NCBI GenBank assembly: GCA_035493875.1
Contig: DATJHK010000008.1
Location: 3,941-67,940, forward strand
Length of the DNA stretch: 64,000 bases
Source of the DNA: Candidatus Limnocylindria bacterium
GTDB lineage: Bacteria; Vulcanimicrobiota; Vulcanimicrobiia; Vulcanimicrobiales; Vulcanimicrobiaceae
Reading direction: 5' to 3'
How positions within the stretch are numbered: the first letter of the stretch is position 1; each line of letters starts with the position of its first letter. A program made the position numbers and the translations under genes. The notes under the pieces are model-generated. The model did not search any database, had not been told where the DNA came from, and was given only the letters and a program-made list of their open reading frames with translations. Below are positions 49,966-60,087 of this stretch, one piece after another.

Positions 49966-51135
49966 CTAGGCGAACACCGTGCGGGGGTTGCCGTCGAGAT
50001 AGCCGGTGACGCGCAGCGCGCGCTCGCCCCCGAGCAGCGCCCAGAGCGGCTCGACGATCAGCTCGCGGCGCCAGGGGTTCAGGTTCACCAGGTCGCCGAG
50101 GGCGGCCGGCGTCTGCGGCGCTTCGCGCGCGATGCGTTCGAGCGCGTGACGCGGGAGCAGCAGCGTCGTCGGGATGTCGTTGTGCGCGGCGATCGCGCTC
50201 ACGAGGACCGCCATCGTCGCGACGAGCGCGTCTCGCTGCGGGCCCAGAGGCTTGGGGGCGCGCGGCGGGAGCTCGTCCTCGGGGATCGCCTCGCCCCGCG
50301 CGACCGCCTCGACGATCCGCTCGCCCAGGTTCCGGCGCGTCCCCGCGTCGATGCGCCGGAGCTGTCCCAGTTCCTCGACCGACCGCGGACGCAACTGCAC
50401 GAGACCCGACATCACGTCGTCGGGCAGCACGTACTTGAGCGGGACGTTGCGCTCGCGCGCGTAGCGCTCGCGCAGGTGCGCGAGCTCGTTGAGGATCCCC
50501 AGCTCCCGGCGGTTCATCCGCGCGTTCCCCGAGACGCGCAGGTAGAGCCGGCGCGGATCGGGCCGGTACGCGCGCGGCTCGACGAGCGAGACCATCTCGT
50601 CGTCGGCCCAGCTCTCCCGCCCACGCGCGGCGAGCTTCTCGCGCAGCCCGTCCTCGAGCTGGAAGAGATAGCGCACGTCGTCGACCAGGTACTCGACTTG
50701 TTTGGGCGTGAACGGACGCGTGCTCCAATCGCTCACGGTCTGCGACTTGCGCAGCGTGACGCCGCACAAATCGCGAACGAGATCGAGCAGCGAGATCGAG
50801 AGACCGTAGCCGACGAACGCCGCCGCAACCTGCGTGTCGTACGCGGCGCTCGGGAGCGTCTCGAACGTGTCGGCGAGGATCCGCAGGTCCGAGCCGAGCG
50901 CGTGCCCGACGATGCGCGCGCCGGCGAGCGCGTCGATCAAGGGGCGCAGATCGGGAACGGCGAGCGGGTCGACGATCGCAACGCCGTCCTCGAAGAGGAG
51001 CTGCACCACCATCAGGTGCGGCGTGTAGGACTTCTCGGTATGGAACTCGGTGTCCAGGCCGATGCGGTCGGCGCGCTCGATGCGCGCGCATGTCTGGGCC
51101 AGCGCCTCGGGGGTATCGACGACGGTGACGTTCAC
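49966..51135 (-). CDS. rnd: Ribonuclease D
   Basis: Trimmed to GTG 51135 (GTGA overlap with the upstream stop). DEDD exonuclease motifs are IGLDTEF, HALGSDL and YLVDDVRYL, with a C-terminal HRDC-like region. The upstream part of track ORF 49966..51666 is shadow. Confidence 0.85.
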   Translation of the reverse strand: MNVTVVDTPEALAQTCARIERADRIGLDTEFHTEKSYTPHLMVVQLLFEDGVAIVDPLAVPDLRPLIDALAGARIVGHALGSDLRILADTFETLPSAAYDTQVAAAFVGYGLSISLLDLVRDLCGVTLRKSQTVSDWSTRPFTPKQVEYLVDDVRYLFQLEDGLREKLAARGRESWADDEMVSLVEPRAYRPDPRRLYLRVSGNARMNRRELGILNELAHLRERYARERNVPLKYVLPDDVMSGLVQLRPRSVEELGQLRRIDAGTRRNLGERIVEAVARGEAIPEDELPPRAPKPLGPQRDALVATMAVLVSAIAAHNDIPTTLLLPRHALERIAREAPQTPAALGDLVNLNPWRRELIVEPLWALLGGERALRVTGYLDGNPRTVFA

Positions 51136-51869
51136 CACGTCACCGGTTCGGGCATCACGTACGGGCGGCGATGGCGGTGTGGGATGTGCAGGTGATGTTT
51201 CTCCGCGTAGGCTTGCGCTGGGACGACGACGCGCATCTGGATCTCGTCGGAGAGCCAGTCGCCGCCGATGGCGAGCACCGTACAGATCGGCACGGCGATC
51301 GCGCACATGGTGTAGATTTGACGGAAGATCGGCACCCGCAGCGCGGCAGCCGTCTGGGTGGCGAGCGTACCGCCGAGACCTGGGATGATCCGCACGCAGA
51401 TCAGGAACATCGGCGAGCCGATTTTGAACTTGCGCGCCCAGCCGGGTAAGCGTTCGACGCGCTTGCGGACGTCGAACGCGGCCGAGGTGCGCAGCGCGAC
51501 CATGTAGCCGATGATCGCCGCGAGCACGAGACCGACCGCGTTGACGATCGACCCAAGCACGGGCCCGAACAGTACTCCGTTCATGATCGCGAGGGCGTCG
51601 GTGACGGAGAACGGCGCCGACGCGACGACCGCGAAGACGATGATCGCCAGCGGGACGGCAAACCACCCCAGTTGACCGAGCACCTGTTCGACCAGCGGGC
51701 GATTCGCGACGACCAGGGCCGCGATCGCGAACGAGGCCAAGAGGATCGCCACCGCCTCGAGGCGGCGCAGGAGCTTGATCGTGCCGACGCTCACCACCCG
51801 GCTTCTTTGCGGGATCGGGCGGTTCGCCTTTGCTTGTCCCGCCCGGTCCCGATCGAGAATCGGTCTCAC
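51132..51869 (-). CDS. VTT-domain (DedA/TVP38-TMEM64-like) membrane protein
   Basis: 245 aa with 5-6 TM helices. The pattern FSVTDALAIMNGVLFGPVLGSIVNAVGLVLAAIIGY is typical of SNARE-associated/VTT proteins. The exact start is uncertain (GTG 51869 or an internal GTG). Confidence 0.6.
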   Translation of the reverse strand: MRPILDRDRAGQAKANRPIPQRSRVVSVGTIKLLRRLEAVAILLASFAIAALVVANRPLVEQVLGQLGWFAVPLAIIVFAVVASAPFSVTDALAIMNGVLFGPVLGSIVNAVGLVLAAIIGYMVALRTSAAFDVRKRVERLPGWARKFKIGSPMFLICVRIIPGLGGTLATQTAAALRVPIFRQIYTMCAIAVPICTVLAIGGDWLSDEIQMRVVVPAQAYAEKHHLHIPHRHRRPYVMPEPVTW

Positions 51870-51888
51870 AACCCGTGTATCCGGGGGA

Positions 51889-51918
51889 TTGACCCTCGCT
51901 CAGGGCCGGGTGTACGCT
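51889..51918 (+). promoter_or_regulatory. Candidate promoter TTGACC-N18-TACGCT for the mini-ORF unit
   Basis: TTGACC is at 51889-94 and TACGCT at 51913-18. It lies ~45 nt upstream of mini-ORF A, in a locally lower-GC region. Confidence 0.4.
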
Positions 51919-51965
51919 TTTCCGACCTCGAGGTTACATCGCTACGAACGTCACGGGAGGGCGGC

Positions 51966-52010
51966 TTGACGCCGGAAGATCCACCCGGGTTCATTGGACC
52001 GCACGGCTGA
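51966..52010 (+). CDS. Mini-ORF A, 14 aa: M(TTG)-TPEDPPGFIGPHG
   Basis: GGAGG (51956-60) lies 5 nt before TTG 51966, with stop TGA at 52008-10. It is paralogous to mini-ORF B, with synonymous and start-codon differences. Confidence 0.4.
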   Translation: MTPEDPPGFIGPHG

Positions 52011-52097
52011 ATGCGCGCCGTTGCGGTACGAACAGCACAACACAACTTTCGAAGCGCACGTTCGACGTCAGAAGGTGCAAGGAGGGCGGTTCCACTC

Positions 52098-52136
52098 GTG
52101 ACTCCGCAAGATCCACCGAAGGAGACGACGTCGTAG
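52098..52136 (+). CDS. Mini-ORF B, 12 aa: M(GTG)-TPQDPPKETTS
   Basis: GGAGG (52081-85) lies 12 nt before GTG 52098, with stop TAG at 52134-36. The stop is embedded in a 9-bp hairpin (52129-37 / 52150-58). Confidence 0.4.
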   Translation: MTPQDPPKETTS

Positions 52137-52178
52137 CGGCCGATGCGCAGCTACGACGCACACGATACAGCACAGGAA

Positions 52179-52210
52179 GGGTCACGCCGGTTACGGCGTG
52201 GCCCTTTCTT
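52179..52210 (+). terminator. Intrinsic terminator (11-bp stem, GUUA loop, TTTCTT), overlapping the 3' end of convergent rpiB
   Basis: GGGTCACGCCG-GTTA-CGGCGTGGCCC-TTTCTT. The U52182-G52201 wobble on the plus-strand RNA becomes an A-C mismatch on the minus-strand RNA, so the hairpin is stronger for a plus-strand transcript. Confidence 0.7.
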
Positions 52211-52637
52211 CGTGCTCGACGGCCGCGATCTCGCGGCGATCAGCGGGATCGTCGCTCGGCGTGGTGGCAAGGAACGCCGCGAGGATCTCCCCGCCGACCG
52301 CCGGCGTCGTGGCCCGCATCGAGAGCGCGAGGACGTTCGCGTCGTTCCAGCGCCGCGCCCCCTCGGCGGTCGCGGCGTCGCCGCAGAGCGCCGCGCGCAC
52401 GCCCGGGACCTTGTTGGCCGCGATCGAGATCCCGGTGCCGGTCCAGCAGCAGACGATCCCCAGCTCCGCCTGGCCGGCCGCGACCGCCTCGCCGACCGCA
52501 CGGCCGATCGACGCCCACGCGTGGGAGCCGTCCCGCAGCGCACCGTAGCGCTCGACGGCGATCCCCCGCCGCTCGAGCTCGGCGAGTAGGGCATCGGTCA
52601 AGGGGCCGGTATCGTCGGATCCGATCGCGCAGCGCAT
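52191..52637 (-). CDS. rpiB: Ribose-5-phosphate isomerase B (RpiB/LacA/LacB family)
   Basis: 148 aa: MRCAIGSDDTG ... GIVCCWTGTGISIAANKVPGVRAALC ... ARRWNDANVLAL, matching the RpiB pattern. Confidence 0.85.
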   Translation of the reverse strand: MRCAIGSDDTGPLTDALLAELERRGIAVERYGALRDGSHAWASIGRAVGEAVAAGQAELGIVCCWTGTGISIAANKVPGVRAALCGDAATAEGARRWNDANVLALSMRATTPAVGGEILAAFLATTPSDDPADRREIAAVEHEERATP

Positions 52638-52646
52638 CGCCGGAGA

Positions 52647-53066
52647 TTACCGCTGAATCGTGATCGTGTCCGCTTCCAGCGTCCCGTCGGCGTCCGTCCG
52701 CCCGTTCACGTCGACCACCGTACCGGCCGCCGGGGTCCCGCCGCGCGGATTGATGACCGTGCCCGGGCGCAGCCGGACGTTCCGGTAGGCGTTCGGCCCG
52801 ACGAGCACCTGCATGTCGTAGCGTTTGAAGTAGGTCACCTGCCCCCGCGCGTCGTTGCGGGCGTTCGCCGCGTTGCGCTGCAGGATCTGGACGCCGAGGT
52901 CGATCGCGCGCTGGATGATCTGCGCCCCGGGCGTGTTCGGCGGCAGGGTGGGCACGGCGATCGGCGTCGGTACCGGGGCCGGCGGGGCGCTCGACTGCGC
53001 GGCGGCGCATGTCGTGGCTCCCAGACCGAGAACCAGGACCGTCGTGGCGAGCAGTGACGAACGCAT
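52647..53066 (-). CDS. Secreted protein of unknown function (DUF5666-like C-terminus)
   Basis: Trimmed to ATG 53066 (MRSSLLATTVLVLGLGATTCAAAQ signal peptide). A Pro-rich linker is followed by a ~90-aa globular part. Confidence 0.5.
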   Translation of the reverse strand: MRSSLLATTVLVLGLGATTCAAAQSSAPPAPVPTPIAVPTLPPNTPGAQIIQRAIDLGVQILQRNAANARNDARGQVTYFKRYDMQVLVGPNAYRNVRLRPGTVINPRGGTPAAGTVVDVNGRTDADGTLEADTITIQR

Positions 53067-53823
53067 GGCACGAAAGGAACGGGACGGCGGCGCGATCCGT
53101 TTCTCGGCCGTCCGCATTCGGGACGCCGCGAGCGTGATCGCCGCACGCGACGACGCCGACGGGCTCGCCGTCTTCATGGTGCGCCGCAGCGCGCAGGCGG
53201 CGTTCCTGCCGGATCACTACGTCTTCCCGGGCGGAGCGCTCGACGCGGAAGACCGCCGCGAGGCGGCGGACCGCGCGCTCGACGGCGCGAACGTCGCGGG
53301 CGTCGAGCCCGCGTTCGTCCTGGCGGCGATTCGCGAGACGTTCGAGGAGGCGGGGCTGCTCTTCGCCGATCGGGTGTTCGACGGCCGCACGCTCTCGCGC
53401 GCGCGCCGTGCGCTGGCCGACGGCGAGACGACCTTCGTCGCGCTGCTGCGCGGGCTCGACGCACGTCCCGACGTCTCGGAGATGCGGTACTTCTCGCACT
53501 GGATCACGCCGCCGATCACGGCGCATCGCTTCGATACGCGCTTCTTCGTCGCGCGCGCGCCCGCCGATCAGGTCGCCGAGGCCGACGCCTCCGAAGTGCA
53601 CGAAGGACGCTGGTTTCGCCCGCTCGAGGCGCTCGCGGCGCACGAGCGGGGCGAGATCGGATTGATCTTCCCGACGATCAAACACCTTGAACGGATCGCC
53701 GAGTTCCGCAGCGTCGCGGCGCTGCTCGCATTCGCCCAGAGCAAACGGATCGTCACCGTCTCGCCGTACGTCGACGCGGCCGGCACGTTCTCGCTCGACG
53801 AGGAGTTGGAAGCCGCATGGTGA
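53065..53823 (+). CDS. NUDIX hydrolase
   Basis: Trimmed to ATG 53065. FPGGALDAEDRR...AAIRETFEEAGLL is the Nudix box. The start is uncertain because it overlaps the divergent start codon (CATG). Confidence 0.75.
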   Translation: MARKERDGGAIRFSAVRIRDAASVIAARDDADGLAVFMVRRSAQAAFLPDHYVFPGGALDAEDRREAADRALDGANVAGVEPAFVLAAIRETFEEAGLLFADRVFDGRTLSRARRALADGETTFVALLRGLDARPDVSEMRYFSHWITPPITAHRFDTRFFVARAPADQVAEADASEVHEGRWFRPLEALAAHERGEIGLIFPTIKHLERIAEFRSVAALLAFAQSKRIVTVSPYVDAAGTFSLDEELEAAW

Positions 53824-54743
53824 GCCTCAGCACGCGCGTCGTGCGGCTGCGCGCGAACAATCCTTCGCCGATGACGCTCGAGGGGACGAACGGGTACGTC
53901 GTACGCGTCGCGCCGCATCGGCTCGTCGCGATCGATCCCGGCCCGGTCGACGACGCGCAGCGCGACGCGTTCATGCGCGCGGCGCGCGACGCGCACGCGA
54001 CGTATGCCGCGATCCTCGTCACGCACGGGCATCCCGACCACTATCCCGGCGCGGCGCCGCTCGCTGCGGCGACCGGCGCCCCGGTCTTGGCGCATCCCGC
54101 CGCGCGGTTTCCGCACGACCGCGCGCTCGCCGACGGCGAACGGCTGACCTTCGACGACGCCGCGCTCAGCGTGCTGCACGCGCCGGGACACGCCCGCGAC
54201 CACCTCGTCTTCGTGCTGGAGGACGAGCGCGCGCTGTTCACCGGCGACGTCGTGATCGGCCGCGGCACCGTCGTCGTCGCGCCGCCGAACGGCGAGATGC
54301 GCACCTATCAGGCGACGCTGCGCCGCCTGCGCGACGAGCACGGCGATGCCGACGTCATCTACGGCGGCCACGGCGAAGAAGTTCGCGACGTGCGCGCGAA
54401 GCTCGAGGAGTACATCGCCCACCGCGAGGCGCGCGAGCGGCAGATCGTCGACGCGCTTGCGCGGGGTCCCGCGACGCTCCCCGCGCTGGTCGAGATCGTC
54501 TATCAGGACGTCGAGCGCCATCTCTGGCCCGCCGCGGCACGCCAGGTGTTGGCCTACCTGATCGCCCTCGAACGCGAAGGGACGGTGCGCGCCGAGCCGC
54601 TCGCCCGCGAAGCGACCGCGGCGGAACGCGCGCTCCTCGCCCCCGACCTTTCCCGTTTGGGAGAAGGACTCGGCGCCGCCGTCATCCGCGCCGAACTCGG
54701 CTACGGCGAAGCCGAACCGCTCCTGCGCTATACGCTGCGATAG
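53817..54743 (+). CDS. MBL-fold metallo-hydrolase
   Basis: It has VTHGHPDH (HxHxDH), HAPGHARDH and GGHG. ATG 53817 overlaps the NUDIX stop by 7 nt. Confidence 0.8.
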   Translation: MVSLSTRVVRLRANNPSPMTLEGTNGYVVRVAPHRLVAIDPGPVDDAQRDAFMRAARDAHATYAAILVTHGHPDHYPGAAPLAAATGAPVLAHPAARFPHDRALADGERLTFDDAALSVLHAPGHARDHLVFVLEDERALFTGDVVIGRGTVVVAPPNGEMRTYQATLRRLRDEHGDADVIYGGHGEEVRDVRAKLEEYIAHREARERQIVDALARGPATLPALVEIVYQDVERHLWPAAARQVLAYLIALEREGTVRAEPLAREATAAERALLAPDLSRLGEGLGAAVIRAELGYGEAEPLLRYTLR

Positions 54744-54779
54744 TCTCCGAGCGCGCCCGTGGTGGCGCGCGGGACGCGC

Positions 54780-55781
54780 CTACGTGATCGCCAGGACGAT
54801 TTTGCCGAACTGGTCGCCCGCGGCGATCTTCCCGGCAGCGGCGACGGCGTCGTCGATCCCGTAGACGGCGTCGACCACGGGCTTGAGGGAGCCGTCGAAC
54901 TGCGCGAGCATCGCGGCGAAGTCGAGCGGTGAGCCCATCGAGGTGCCCAGGATGTCGAGCTGCTTCCAGAAGACGTCGAACATCCGGATCTTCGCATCGC
55001 CGGTCGTTCCGCCGTAGGTCACGACGCGCGCGCCGTAGCGCGCAACGCGGAGCGCCTTGGCGAACGTGTCGCCGCCGACGGCGTCGACGACGAGGCTCGG
55101 GCCGCCATCGATCGCCGCGACCTCCTTCTCCCACTTCTCGGTCGTCTTGTAGTTGATCGCGACGTCGGCGCCGAGCGCTTTCGCGCGCGCGAGCTTCTCG
55201 TCGCTCGACGAGGTGACGATCACCTTCGCGCCGAGCTTCTTGGCGAAGAGCAGCGCGAAGGTCTGCACGCCGCCGCCGATCCCCGGGAGCAGCACGACGT
55301 CCTCGCGCGTGCAGCGCCCGCGCGTCACGACGGCGCGGTACGCGGTCAGGCCGCCCAGCGGGATCGCCGCGGCCTCGTCGTCGCTGAGCGACGCCGGTGC
55401 GGGATGGACGTTCGCGGCCGGCACGGCGATGTATTCGGCGAAGGTCCCGGGGTGCGGCATCCCGAGCACGTGCGCGTCACGGCGCCACACGCGCGGGTTG
55501 TCGCCCCAACCGAGCGTCGGGTCGATCACGACGCGCGCACCGACCGCCGGTCCCTGCGTCGCGTCGCCGTGCGCCGAGACGGTACCCACACCGTCGGAGC
55601 CGAGGATGCACGGCAGCTGGATCCCCGGATACAGCCCTTGCGTGATGAAGACGTCGCGACGGTTGAACGCTGCGCGGTGCAGCTTCACGAGGATCTCGCC
55701 GGCTGCCGGCTTGGGATCGTCGACCTGCTCGACGCGCAGGTTCTGCGGCCCGCCGAGCTCGTGGAGGCGTACGGCTTTCAT
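54780..55781 (-). CDS. Zinc-type alcohol dehydrogenase / quinone oxidoreductase (MDR superfamily)
   Basis: MKAVRLHELGGPQNLRVEQVDDPKP ... ILGSDGVG ... LLPGIGGGVQTFALLFAKKLGAKVIVTSSS. Confidence 0.85.
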   Translation of the reverse strand: MKAVRLHELGGPQNLRVEQVDDPKPAAGEILVKLHRAAFNRRDVFITQGLYPGIQLPCILGSDGVGTVSAHGDATQGPAVGARVVIDPTLGWGDNPRVWRRDAHVLGMPHPGTFAEYIAVPAANVHPAPASLSDDEAAAIPLGGLTAYRAVVTRGRCTREDVVLLPGIGGGVQTFALLFAKKLGAKVIVTSSSDEKLARAKALGADVAINYKTTEKWEKEVAAIDGGPSLVVDAVGGDTFAKALRVARYGARVVTYGGTTGDAKIRMFDVFWKQLDILGTSMGSPLDFAAMLAQFDGSLKPVVDAVYGIDDAVAAAGKIAAGDQFGKIVLAIT

Positions 55782-55802
55782 TCCGCCAGCCTACGCGACC
55801 GC

Positions 55803-55832
55803 ATTGACGCAGCCTTCTTGCCCGGCCTATGC
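55803..55832 (+). promoter_or_regulatory. Candidate promoter TTGACG-N18-TATGCT upstream of the DUF1059 gene
   Basis: TTGACG is at 55803-08 and TATGCT at 55827-32, ~40 nt before ATG 55873, which is preceded by GGAGG (55863-67). Confidence 0.45.
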
Positions 55833-55872
55833 TGGAGGGCCGGCGGGTGTTCCGTACCCTCGGAGGTACCCC

Positions 55873-56073
55873 ATGGGAGAGAACCGGAAGGTCATCGACT
55901 GCGGCGCCGTTCCGAGCGAATCCGGCTGCACGCTCAAGATCAGCGGCACCGAAGCAGAGGTCTTGCGCGCGGCGCGCGATCACGCCGTCGCCTCGCATGG
56001 TCACCATGACGGACCGGAGCTGGAATCCTTGTTGCGTTCGGCCATGCGTGACGAGACGCCCGCCCCAGCGTAA
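55873..56073 (+). CDS. DUF1059 small protein
   Basis: 66 aa: MGENRKVIDCGAVPSESGCTLKISGTEAEVLRAARDHAVASHGHHDGPELESLL matches the DUF1059 pattern (C..(x)..C...I.G.tEeEvl....H....HG). There is a strong SD. Confidence 0.7.
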   Translation: MGENRKVIDCGAVPSESGCTLKISGTEAEVLRAARDHAVASHGHHDGPELESLLRSAMRDETPAPA

Positions 56074-56136
56074 GCAGGGCGGCGAGTCGGCGACGCGCAA
56101 GGGCCGACGCCACGCGCATCGTTCGATGGAGGTGTC

Positions 56137-57444
56137 TTGCCCGTTCCCTCCGTTCCGCTAGGGCCGCCGCTCGCCAAACGTCTCTCCGCAACCGAAGTCC
56201 GCATCGAGGCGAGTCGTTGCCTCAACTGCTACGACGCGCCGTGCACGCGCGCGTGTCCGACCGCGATCGACGTCCCGCGCTTCATCGGCCGCATCGCGAC
56301 CGGTGATCTCGCCGGCAGCGCGCGCACGATCATGGACGCGAACCCCGTCGGCGCGAGCTGCGCGCGCGTCTGCCCGACCGATCAGCTCTGCGAGGGCGCG
56401 TGCGTCTACAACGCCGACGAGACGCCGATTCGCATCGGCGATCTGCAGCGCTACGCGACCGACTGGGCGATCCGTAGCGGAGCGACGCTCTTTCGCGCCG
56501 GCACGCCGACCGGGAAGCGCGTCGCGATCGTCGGCGCCGGTCCGGCGGGGCTCTCGGCGGGACGCGAGCTGGCACGCGCGGGCCACGCCGTCACGATCTT
56601 CGAGCGCGATCCCGAGGCGGGCGGTCTTGACACGTACGGGATCGTGCCGTTCCGGTTACCCGCGGAGATCGCGCTCTGGGAGGCGGAGCAGGTCCGCGCG
56701 CTCGGCGTCGAGATCCGCACCGGCGTCACCGTCGGCGAGACGATCTCGGCGGCCCAGATCCTCGCCGACTTCGACGCGGTCGTGCTCGCCTGCGGGATGG
56801 GCGCCGTGCCGCGTCTGGGGATCGAAGGCGAGGACGCGGCCGGCGTCTGGGACGCGCTCGACTTCATCCGCACCGCGAAGCTCGGCGGCGACGTCGGCAC
56901 GCTCGGTGCACACGTCGCGATCATCGGCGGAGGCAACACCGCGATCGACGCGGCGACGTGCTCGCGCCGCCTCGGCGCGCCGTCGGTGACGATGTACTAT
57001 CGCCGCGGCGCGGAACGGATGACGGCGTACGGCTTCGAGATCGAGTTCGCCAAGGTCGAAGGCGTCGAGTTCCGCACCTACACGCTCCCCAAGCGCATCG
57101 TCGTCGAGAACGGACGCGTCGCGGGGCTCGAGCTGATCGCGAGCGCCGCCGACGGCAGCGCGCGGCCCCTGCCGGGGACGGAACGCGTCGTGCGCGCCGA
57201 CACGGTGATCCGCGCGATCGGGCAGAATCGTCTGACCGCGCTGCTCGACGCGTTCGGCGTCGTGCACGAGCACGGGATCGCGGTCGTCGACGAACACATG
57301 CGCACGAACGACCCGCGAATCTTCGCGGCGGGGGACTGCATGTTCCGGCCCGGCGGGACGGACGCGATGGTCGTCGAGGCGGCGCAGCGGGGGAAGACCG
57401 CGGCGCACGCGCTCGACGCGCAGCTGCGCGCGGAGGGACGCTGA
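56137..57444 (+). CDS. preT: NAD-dependent dihydropyrimidine dehydrogenase subunit PreT (GltD-like)
   Basis: The TTG start lies 4 nt after GGAGG. It has the Fe-S region RCLNCYDAPCTRACPTAIDVPRFI ... CARVCPTDQLCEGAC and the FAD/NAD folds VAIVGAGPAGLSAG and VAIIGGGNTAIDAA. Confidence 0.85.
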   Translation: MPVPSVPLGPPLAKRLSATEVRIEASRCLNCYDAPCTRACPTAIDVPRFIGRIATGDLAGSARTIMDANPVGASCARVCPTDQLCEGACVYNADETPIRIGDLQRYATDWAIRSGATLFRAGTPTGKRVAIVGAGPAGLSAGRELARAGHAVTIFERDPEAGGLDTYGIVPFRLPAEIALWEAEQVRALGVEIRTGVTVGETISAAQILADFDAVVLACGMGAVPRLGIEGEDAAGVWDALDFIRTAKLGGDVGTLGAHVAIIGGGNTAIDAATCSRRLGAPSVTMYYRRGAERMTAYGFEIEFAKVEGVEFRTYTLPKRIVVENGRVAGLELIASAADGSARPLPGTERVVRADTVIRAIGQNRLTALLDAFGVVHEHGIAVVDEHMRTNDPRIFAAGDCMFRPGGTDAMVVEAAQRGKTAAHALDAQLRAEGR

Positions 57445-58615
57445 TGGCCGACCTGTCGATCGATCTGGCGGGGATCCGCAGCCCCAACCCGTTCTGGCTC
57501 GCCTCGGCGCCGCCGACCAACTCCGGCTATCAGGTGATGCGCGCGTTCGCCGCCGGCTGGGGCGGTGCGGTGTGGAAGACGCTCGGCGATCCGATCGTCA
57601 ACGTCACCTCGCGCTTCGCGGGCCTCGACATCGGTCCGTACCGGATGGCCGGGATGAACAACATCGAGCTCATCACGGACCGCCCGCTGGCCGACAATCT
57701 GCGCGAGATCGCCGAGTGCAAGGCGGCGTATCCCGATCGCGCGATCGTCGCCTCGCTGATGACCGAATGCACGCGCGAGAGCTGGCACGCGCTGGTGCGC
57801 GAGGTGCAGACCGTCCCGATCGACGGCTTCGAGCTGAACTTCGGCTGCCCGCACGGGATGTCGGAGCGCGGGATGGGCTCCGCCGTCGGCCAGGACCCCG
57901 AGCTGGTCGAGCGGATCACGCGCTGGGTCAAGGAAGCGGCGAGCGTCCCCGTGATCGTCAAGCTCACGCCCAACATCACCGACGTGCGGTACACCGCGCG
58001 CGCCGCGGCGCGCGGCGGCGCCGACGCGGTGAGCATGATCAACACGATCAACAGCCTGATGGGCGTCGACCTCGACACGTGGCTGCCGATCCCGCACGTC
58101 GACGGGAAGTCCTCGCACGGCGGCTTCTGCGGTCCGGCGGTCAAGCCGATCGCGCTGAACATGGTCGGCTCGTGCGCGCGCGACCCGCAGGTCGGGATCC
58201 CGATCTCGGGGATCGGCGGCGTCGCCGACTGGCGCGACGCGGTCGAGTTTCTCCTGATGGGTTCGACGAGCGTACAGGTCTGCACCGCGGTGATGCACCA
58301 TGGCTTCCGCATCGTCGCCGACATGATCGACGGCCTGAACAACTACCTCGACGCGCGCGGGATCGCCTCGGTCGGCGAGATCATCGGCAAGACCGTCCCG
58401 CGCTTCGTCGACTGGAACGATCTGAACCTCGACTACAAGATCGTGGCGCGGATCGATCCGCAGACGTGCATCCGCTGCAACAAGTGCTACATCGCGTGCG
58501 AGGACGCCGCGCACCAGTGCATCGAGCGCCCCGCCGATCCGCAGCTCGCGCCGGTCGTCGACGAAGGACACTGCGTCGGCTGCAACCTGTGCAGCATGGT
58601 CTGCCCGGTCGAAGA

Positions 58616-60067
<1,452 letters not shown>

Positions 60068-60087
60068 ACGACGAGAAAGAGCAGTCA

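Noticed and set aside
51870-52190. tmRNA, 6S RNA or RNase P RNA in the long rpiB/VTT intergenic region
   Set aside because: It has no tRNA-like acceptor/T-arm ends (no GGTTCGAATCC-type T-loop, no CCA context), no GAGGAAAGTCC P4 element, and no long imperfect duplex with a central bubble. The repeat-plus-mini-ORF reading explains the conservation pattern better.
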